Origin: Ministeria vibrans ATCC 50519
Lineage: Eukaryota; Protista; Filasterea
Assembly: GCA_943704425.1 (NCBI GenBank)
Contig: CALSCP010001010.1
Span: 1 to 35,441, forward strand
Length of the DNA stretch: 35,441 nucleotides
Direction of reading: 5' to 3'
Position numbers and translations under genes: made by a program. The notes under the pieces were generated by a model. That model saw nothing but the letters and a program-made list of their open reading frames with translations, had not been told where the DNA came from and ran no database searches. Below are positions 27,164-35,441 of the stretch, in pieces (position 1 is the stretch's first letter; each line of letters opens with the position of its first letter).

Positions 27164-28644
27164 ATGATTTTTGACGACGACAAAGTTGTAAGACTGGCGA
27201 ATGCCATGGTAAGGCGTCTGTCGTGTGTGCAGTACTCTCCCTTTGCGCTCCATGTGCACCCTGTCTGGTTGGACTGCTGTTGGCACCGCCGGCACCCGCA
27301 ACGGCGCCCGACGGCGTGTCTATGGGGCCATTTGGCTCTCGTTCAATCAAATCGTTCGGACATTTGCCGATCACCCCAAACCACTTTCTTGACTGAAATT
27401 TCCCATTCCATCCCTCGCATGCACGGCAATGTTTTGTCCTGGGTCGCATGGCGCTTTAGCCTGGCGGCTTTCATTTGAAGATGTGGAATGCGCCGCAGTT
27501 GGAATTTATTATTTTTAAAAAAACTAAAAAAATTTCGTCTCTTTTAGCACGAACAGTCAGACGAGGAGTCTGATGGCACTATTGCAGTGCATGGAACCCT
27601 ACAGACACTCTCCGAGTCAGTTTTCACACTGCCGGTGTTTGCCTCTTTGAAACATCTCGATTTGTCATCCAATCGTCTCACGTCGCTGCCCACCTCCATT
27701 GCACGACTCACGCAACTCATCACATTGAACCTTACTTCAAATGCTCTCGTAAGAAGTCATGATCATGAATCATTTTTTTTTCTTTTTGTGTGCTGATGAT
27801 TAGTATTGACTGTTTTTTTTTTCAGACGACCCTTCCCGACTCGCTGGATCAGTGTACCCAGCTGCACACACTGTTGCTATCAGGCAATCTTTTGGGTCCT
27901 CGATTGCCCGACGCCATCACACGGTTACGGCACCTCGAAGTGCTCAAGGTGGGCGCGAATCGACTGCGTGAGTTGCCGCACACCATTGGCCAGCTCACTC
28001 GACTGCGCACCCTCTATCTTGGTGGCAACCAGTTGGATGAGTTGCCGTCGCAAATGAGTTCCCTCGTTTGCTTGCGCCTTCTCTACCTGGGCGACAACCA
28101 GCTGACTCAGCTGCCGTCGCTGGTGACGCTCACCCAGCTGGTCACGCTCGACGTGCACGCCAACCAATTGCGTGCGCTTCCTGCCCACACCATGGACTTG
28201 CCACAGCTGCGCAATCTCAGCTTGCGTGAGAACCCTCTTGTACAGGCGTTTGCCGCCGAACAGGAGCAACAGCAGCAGCAGCGCGAGCCTCCCACATTGT
28301 TCGAACTTGCCGCACGCTCCGTCAAACGACTCCGACTTGACTACCACAATCGCGTCCCAGCGTCGCTTGGTGTACTCCTCGACCGCGCCCATCGCTGTGA
28401 CAACCCTGCTTGCAACGGCGTTTACTTTGACGAGGCGTCCGCTGTGCCTCACATCAAACTCGCCGATTTCTGCGGCAAATACCAAGTCCCCATGATGAGC
28501 TTCCTCTGTCGTCCCGACTGCTTTGCACGCGAACCCCAACCTCAACCCGCCGACAAACACCCCGAACCTAGTGAACGCGCCTTGCAACCTCGTCCTGACT
28601 TTGTCGCGCGCGTCCTTCTCCCAAGCGAACTTGTGCGCCAATAA
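27164..28644 (+). CDS. LRRC58: Leucine-rich repeat protein 58 orthologue (LRRs + BC box + Cys-rich C-terminus), ~354 aa; first exon tentative
   Basis: Exons 27164-27208 (tentative), 27548-27748, 27826-28644. LRRs with LYLGGN and LSLRENPLV, then PPTLFELAARSVK, CDNPACNGVYFD, IKLADFCGKYQVPMMSFLCRPDC and terminal RVLL. These are colinear with human LRRC58 as I recall it (LSLRGNPLV, PPTLLELAARTIK, CPNPKCGGVYFD, IKFVDFCGKYRLPLMHYLCSPEC, KVLLG). Confidence 0.93.
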
Positions 28645-28747
28645 CACCGACATGGCGCAACCAATCGAACACACTTTTATATTGCACTTCATTTCCCTCG
28701 CTCCTGCCTGCGCCTCCATTTTCCACCCCCGCCTCTCCTTTGCCTCT

Positions 28748-29857
28748 ATGGAACCTCTTGATCGTCTCGTTGCCGAGCTAAACGATGTGTTCTCGGCCGA
28801 AAGCTGTTGCGTCGAAGACTTCAAAGCGGCCGTCGCCGCGTACTCAAGCAGGCACGCTCTCTCTCTCTCTCATCACTCGCTCCTCCCCTGTCATATACAT
28901 CCCCCCTGTATACCTTGTACTGACCTATTCTACTCCACAATGCAACTTTTACACATCCTTTTTTTTTTTGGACTGTTTTTTTTTTCTGCTTCTTGCAGTG
29001 TCTCTCACACTTTCCACTCACACTTGCATTTAAACTCGTTCACAGCTCGACCGACTGGAAGCAGTACGCTCTTGCCGACGACTGTGGCGGCTACACGCGC
29101 AACTTCGTGTCGGATGGCGACAAAAACCTTTTCAACGTGTTGCTTCTCGTCTGGCCTGAAGGCGCCGCAAGGTACTGCCTCATTCCTCTCCTACGACTCT
29201 TCTTGTCCGCCCCAACACCCACCCATACACACACCTCTCTCTCTCTCTCTCGCAACTGCCCCTTCTACGCTTTTTTCCCCTTCTTTTTTCGTTTTGTGAA
29301 TATCAATTATTATTATTCAACCCATCCCACTTTTTATTTGTTTTTTTACAGCTCCATTCATGATCATGCCGGTAGCCACTGTTGTCTCAAAGTCTTGCAG
29401 GGCTCTCTTCAAGAGGTACCCTTTCCCACAATGACAATGACTTCTTGTGTCATTCATTACTCCTTTGCCCTCTCAGGTTCTGTACACGAATCCAAAGCAG
29501 ACGGACACGTTTGAAGAAGTAAAGCGCCACGACTTGCCCACCGACACCATTGGCTACATCAACGGTAAGGCACAGTGCGGAGATTTGCTGCTGCACAGTG
29601 GACATGCACTTGACTGACTGACCGACTTGTCATGGCACTCTATAGACACCATCGGCCTGCACCGTATGGTCAACACATCGCACACAACGCCAGCCGTCTC
29701 GCTTCACATCTACTCGCCACCCTTTCAGGCCGCGTGCACCTACGACTCCAACGGTGTGCGCCATCAGGGCTCTCCAATGACATTTTACTCGCGCAGCGGT
29801 CAACTCGTCGCGTACCATTTTGAAAAGACACCCGAATCATCACCCTTGCCCCAGTGA
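28748..29857 (+). CDS. CDO1: Cysteine dioxygenase type 1, 197 aa, five exons
   Basis: Exons 28748-28851, 29046-29171, 29352-29415, 29477-29564, 29646-29857 (594 nt). Motifs YTRN, LLVWPEG, SSIHDHAGSHC (two iron His ligands plus the cross-link Cys), YINDTIGLHRM (third His), PAVSLHIYSPPF (cross-link Tyr), MTFYS. Confidence 0.96.
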
Positions 29858-29869
29858 ACTAAAAAAACC

Positions 29870-30091
29870 NNNNNNNNNNNNNNNNNNNNNNNNNNNNNNN
29901 NNNNNNNNNNNNNNNNNNNNNNNNNNNNNNNNNNNNNNNNNNNNNNNNNNNNNNNNNNNNNNNNNNNNNNNNNNNNNNNNNNNNNNNNNNNNNNNNNNNN
30001 NNNNNNNNNNNNNNNNNNNNNNNNNNNNNNNNNNNNNNNNNNNNNNNNNNNNNNNNNNNNNNNNNNNNNNNNNNNNNNNNNNNNNNNNNNN
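29870..30091. other. Assembly gap (N run)
   Basis: Run of n immediately after the CDO stop; the CDO 3' UTR is not visible. Confidence 0.99.
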
Positions 30092-30193
30092 ATAATTTTG
30101 TGTGTTACCTATTAATTACCATTACTCAATTTGCTCTACAACACAACGACGAAACCGCAGAAGAGCCCCTACTGACCGACGCGCGCTGCGAGA

Positions 30194-33100
30194 ATGAACC
30201 ATCGACCAGGATCAAGGGGTGATGGCTCTATCGCCAGTGCAGCCCCGCGTCCGAGTGTGGCTGAGTTGCCCTTTTTACGCCTCAACTTTGCGCAGGTGAG
30301 AAAAAAAAATCTACAAGAGTCATTTGGAGGTCCGCATAGCGCCCCTTTCGCTTCTTCTGCCAGCGCATCCGTGCTATTTTCCTTGTGTGATGTGTGTGTG
30401 CGCGCCGCAATGCCCGCACCCATGCGCAGTGGCCTTCCACGCCGCAGGTGTGAAAAAAAAAGAAAGAAAGACGCTTGCCTCCCAAGATTCCTCAGTTCTC
30501 GGCCAAACATTGCACAAGCCGGGAGGCTCGGCGTAGCGGCACCATGGCGTGGTATATCGTCGTCTGAGTGGGAGTTGCGCCCCTCCCGTGTCGCGCGTGA
30601 TCTCTGGAATGTTGAAAAATGTCAAGCAACTGAGAGATAAAAAAAAAAAAGAAGAAAAAACAGAACGCGCCCGTTCCTGCTTCCCCTCCTCCTCCTCCTA
30701 CGCTGTACACGTGCTGACAGCTGCACATCTGCCTTGCCACAGGTCGGCGAGCAGTTCTCGGCACAGATTGAGGAGCTGCCCATGACAATTCTGCAGTCGT
30801 TCAATCTGGCGGCAGTGGCCATTTCCATGGCTCACCAGCAGAACTTCGCCGACTACGACCGTGTCGCTCTCGCCACGCTCCCGACTTCGAAGCGGTCCAT
30901 CACAGGCCTGACGTCGACCGCCTCCTTGGGAAACGTCTCCACATCAAGCGCCGACGGCGTCACAACCGACACCGAGAGCGATCTGGTGTCGTCGTCGTCG
31001 TCGTCCTTCACGTCGCTCGTCCCCTTGGCCGGCTCCTGTCTTGAATGGAGCATGAAGAACATCTGGCTCGTCATCTGTGCTGACTTTGCTCTCCTCCTCC
31101 AAGGAGATCCCCTCTCGTCTCCCAGTCTCACGCTGGTGGTGCAGGTAAGCACGAGAAGAACACAATAACCTTATCATAACTGTTATTATTTTTGGGGGTC
31201 TATTTTATATTGTTTACACAGTCCCTAAACTCTTATTAATTAATATTACATCACTGTCTTTAAAGATCTCATCCCATTTTGTTCTTGTTCATCATCATAA
31301 TTTAGCCACTCTTCTTGACGGGTCTCGTTGTGCTGCCGTCGGCGTCGCGCCGAACCCCTCGCCTGTTTCATCTGCGCTTTGGCGATCTGCTGATCACTTG
31401 CCACTGTGTGACCGAGACGGATGCAACCGAGGGAGTTGAGGCATTCCATACGGCATTCGCCTTGCAACACCATGCTTCCTGGTGCCGTCTGGTGCGTCCC
31501 TCTCGTTCCCTGCGCCAAATGGATCGTGTTTCCCTTGCGTCCCTCGAGAAATGGGAAGACTATGGCGCACCCGTCGCCGAAGCTGGTTCCCTCAGCCGTC
31601 AACGGTCTACCAGCTCACAACAAAGACAGCGCATCCGCAAGCAGTCCGATGTTCAGGAAGACAAGGCAGAAAGTGCCTCTACCCAGGCAGATGCTGCTTC
31701 AGCCGCAGCTTCGAGTGCACCGCCGCGACGCACGTCGAATCCCTCAAATCCTTCAACTTGTATGCTTCAGACGCGACACTCCGAACCGAGCGTGTCCATG
31801 GACGACGATGACCACGTCCGTCTCACCGCAACCCGCTCGCCCAAGGCCCNNNNNNNNNNNNNNNNNNNNNNNNNNNNNNNNNNNNNNNNNNNNNNNNNNN
31901 NNNNNNNNNNNNNNNNNNNNNNNNNNNNNNNNNNNNNNNNNNNNNNNNNNNNNNNNNNNNNNNNNNNNNNNNNNNNNNNNNNNNNNNNNNNNNNNNNNNN
32001 NNNNNNNNNNNNNNNNNNNNNNNNNNNNNNNNNNNNNNNNNNNNNNNNNNNNNNNNNNNNNNNNNNNNNNNNNNNNNNNNNNNNNNNNNNNNNNNNNNNN
32101 NNNNNNNNNNNNNNNNNNNNNNNNNNNNNGACCTCTGCCGCCCCTTCCTCTCCACTTTCCTCCACTTTCACACAACGCTCCGCTCGTGGCCGCCACCTCT
32201 CAAGCGTCTCCCTTACCAACACTATCACGGGCGCCTCAACGCCCCCATCTTCACCGAGTCCCCTTCGTAGTCCTTTCACCGTTCGCTCCGCCAAGTGTGC
32301 CTCAGTACAGTTCCCTGTTCGTCCCGATCCCCTCCTCCAGCGCTCCTCTGCTAGCCTCGTGCCCATTTCCATCGTAGACGCCTCTCCAGACACTCTCACC
32401 AATAGCACTCCGAGCATCTCCACTACCCTCACCACCTCAACCGCCACTGGCCTTCCGAGTTCTAGCACCATCCCTTCGGCTGCACTCGCCCAAAGCACCA
32501 ACACATTGCGCATGACACCCATTACTACCGTCACCGACACTACTACCACCACCACCATCTCATCTTCCTCCTCCGCTTTCTCCGCCACCTCCTCCACCTC
32601 GTCCGTTCACCAACAGCAGCAGCAGCAGCAACAACAACAACACAAACAGCGCATGCGCAGTCCCAGTATCTCCAGCGACGCCTCGTCGGGTCTCGTCTCG
32701 TCTACTCTCCTGCGTGCCACCAACCGCGTCCGTGGTGCCCTCTCTCGCATTGTCCGTCATTCCTCTCTCGACTTTCCGGATCACAACACGAGCTCTGTTG
32801 CTTCCGAACCCTCCAACGCCACCACCACGACGAGCACCATTGCCGGCAACTTAGGCTCCGCCTCGACCATCTTCACCGGCTCTACCGACTCCATTGACAC
32901 TCGTCGCACCAGCGGTAGCAGTACGTCCACTGAACGGCGCACCAACGGTAGTAGTGCTTCGATTGACACCAAGCGCACCAGCAACGCGTCTGTTGTCGAG
33001 GTGAAACGGTCTCGCAGCCTGAGCAACAGCGGCACAAGCGCACCGCTGCCCCCTCAAACGCTCTATGTGGCCGAAGCTGGTGTCGACACGCTTGTCGTGC

Positions 33101-35232
33101 AGCTGCCCGCCGTCGCCCTGCCCGCCTCCTTTGACGAAGATACTCACGTCGCCCTCGTGCCTGGCGGCTCCATTGGCGTTGTACTGGCCGGTCGTCGCGA
33201 CAAACTCGTCGAGCTGCTTGCCTCGGACGAAACGGTCAGCAGCGAGTATGTCACGACCATGTTGCTTGCACACGACTTCTTCATCAACAAACTCCTCTTC
33301 ATCGACATGCTTGTGTCGCGCTTCAGTATCACCCCTTTCAGCAACATCACCGCGGCCACGCTGCACTTTTTTCGTCAGTGGAAGCGCGTTATTCAGTTCA
33401 AGGTGATTGCCGTCATGCACGCTTGGGTCTCGTCCCACTGGCTTGACTTTGTGCGCAGTCGTCCTCTCCGAGAGCGCCTCGACGCTTTTGTCGCGCGTCT
33501 CAGTGCCATGGGCTTTATCGCTGCTCACAATGCCTTTCTCTCCCTCATTCGTGACGTTGAGTGGCGCTACGTCTGCTCAACGCTCAAGCTTAAAGCGCGC
33601 ATCAAGACCAACGCAGCCGGCACCATTGACGCCGCCCAGTCCATCTTGTTGCGCTCGCAGCCCCTTCCTCTCTCTACGTCCACGCCTACCTCTGAGCCCC
33701 GGCAACCCGTCTTGACTTCATCACCTGCTGCCTCCACGACCTCCGTCTCCGTCTCGTGCCGTGTCATGTCGTCGTTTGGCCCCGACTCTGTCCTCATGAG
33801 CGGCTGGTCCACCCTCGACATTGCCGAGCAGCTCACCCTTCTTGATCACGACCTCTTCTGTCTCATTCCCCCTCGCCAGTTCCTCGATCGCTTCATTGTT
33901 CATCGGTTGCACGGCGCCTCTCGCAACCACCACGACATGTCGCGCAGCAACAGCGACAGCGGTGACTCGAATGGCGACTCCACCACCCTCAACGGCAGTG
34001 GAAACTCAAGCAACGACGACAACCTCGCTCACAAGAACCAGGAGCAGGCTATCACCGATCCCGCCGTGTCCGCACTTGCGCTGTTCACGGCCCGCTTCGA
34101 CACCGAGTGCTATTGGGCGGCAACACAAGTCTGTGTGGCTGCGTCGCCACAACGATGTGCTGCGACCGTCGCTTTTCTCCTCGACATTGCCGATCGGGCG
34201 CTCGACCTGGGCAACTACTTTACGTCGGCCGCCATCCAAGTGGCGCTCCAGCTCACGCCTGTGCGCGAGCTGACCGCTGCTTGGGACCTCGTGCCCGCGC
34301 GTAGCCTTGCCATCCGTGATCGCCTCGACTCGCTCCTCTCGCACACGGGAAATATGCGCGCCTACCGTCGTGCCGTCAAGGACATCCCCGCTGGCACTCC
34401 TATCGTGCCCTTCTTGCCCCTCTACCTCAAGGACCTTGTGTTTATTAACGACGGCAACGCAGCTCTCATTGACGACTCGCTTGTTAACTTTGACCGTCTG
34501 CGCATGATGGCGGCGACCGTCGCGTCTCTCTCGCGTCACCAGACGACTCCATTCAACATTGCGTCACGTCTCGATGTCCAGTCGTGGATTTTCACCTCAG
34601 AGAGTGCCATCGTGCGCACCTCAGACATGCTCGACAGGGTCATCCGTACCGTCCGCAAGCACGCACACTCGTCTCGCCCGCAGTCTTTCACGCTCACCAA
34701 TGCACCCGGTCACGTGAGCAGCAGCAACCCGGCTGACTCGATTTCTCCGCCCCCGTCTCCGCTCAAACTCCAGTTGCGGCAGGAGCAAACCCCTCGTGGC
34801 ACCTCATTCGAACCCACGCAAGACCAGATACCCCGTAAAGCGCAGAATGTACAGCAAGGGAATGAGGACACCAGTGACAACGACAGAGGGCGCGCCAGTC
34901 GTCCTCGACATGCCTCACCACCACACGTTCAGCAGCATTCGCACCGCACTCGTTCGCGGTCTCCTATGCGAAGCAAAGCCTTGTCCGTCTCCCCGCCTCC
35001 GCGCCGCCAGCGCCACTCTCCGGCCGTTTCACCTCGAGGCAGTCCCATCCTGTCGCGTCGCGCAGCCTTTGCTCGTGTGCGCTCAGCAAGCGACTCGCTT
35101 GTCAAGCCCGTCATCATTCCCATTACATCTGCAGCCACAGCCGCAGCGCTCCTTTCCGCACGCAGTCCCGACTCTGCTACTACCACCGCCACTGCTCAGT
35201 CTCCTGCTAGTCTCCGCGTCACGACAGTATAA
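30194..35232 (+). CDS. Ras guanine-nucleotide exchange factor (PH-like N-terminus, Ser/Thr-rich linker, REM + CDC25 domains)
   Basis: Exons 30194-30295 (tentative), 30743-31144, 31306-35232 (contains an N gap, so frame across it is unverified). REM: LAGRRDKLVELL..EYVTTMLLAHDFF..LVSRF, KVIAVMHAWVSSHWLDF. CDC25: DIAEQLTLLDHDLF, LGNY, NMRAYR, PIVPFLPLYLKDLVFINDGN, VNFDRLR. Confidence 0.9.
31850..32129. other. Assembly gap (N run) inside the RasGEF low-complexity region
   Basis: Run of n. Confidence 0.99.
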
Positions 35233-35385
35233 TGTATATTTCTTCTTCTTCTTTTTCAACGAGTGCAATATTTAATTCTTGATGTCATTCATACTATCGT
35301 GATTTTCTACATTGGAAGTGACTAAAATGATGACAACAACACAAAAGGGCTCAGCGACACTCGAAATGTCGACCCATTTCCCTTA

Positions 35386-35388
<3 letters not shown>

Positions 35389-35441
<53 letters not shown>
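35389..35441. repeat. (CT)n microsatellite at the window end
   Basis: Perfect CT run. Both window ends terminate in CT repeats, consistent with contig breaks. Confidence 0.95.

Noticed and set aside
27209-27547. Riboswitch or snoRNA in the LRRC58 introns
   Set aside because: No TPP-riboswitch core and no paired C/D or H/ACA boxes recognised by eye.
29820-32597. ORFs containing long X runs
   Set aside because: They are open only because N gaps contain no stops.

Overview
Compact, intron-rich eukaryotic genomic DNA with GC-rich exons, short mostly GT-AG introns, CT/CA/TTA microsatellites and two N gaps. It most likely comes from a flagellated unicellular relative of animals; this is an inference from the animal-like ISWI, LRRC58 and CDO sequences plus the axonemal gene DRC3. 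Gene order after splicing by hand: last exon of a mitochondrial-carrier-like gene (+); tail-anchored FAD-dependent oxidoreductase (+); orphan Cys/His-rich protein with a C2H2-like finger (+); ISWI chromatin remodeller, about 21 exons (+); DRC3/LRRC48 (-); small Cys-rich orphan (-); intronless 2H phosphoesterase (+); decayed LINE reverse-transcriptase fragment (-); a ~3,346-aa DUF6606-DUF3638-DUF3645 helicase-like giant (+); LRRC58 (+); cysteine dioxygenase (+); PH-like/REM/CDC25 RasGEF (+). The standout observation is that LRRC58 lies only 103 bp upstream of cysteine dioxygenase on the same strand. In mammals LRRC58 is the cullin-RING substrate receptor recently reported to degrade CDO1 when cysteine is scarce, so this looks like an operon-like E3-receptor/substrate pair. 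The CDO gene also has a non-canonical GC-AG first intron and an in-frame ATG 7 nt after the LRRC58 stop. All family assignments come from motif recognition by eye; no searches were run.
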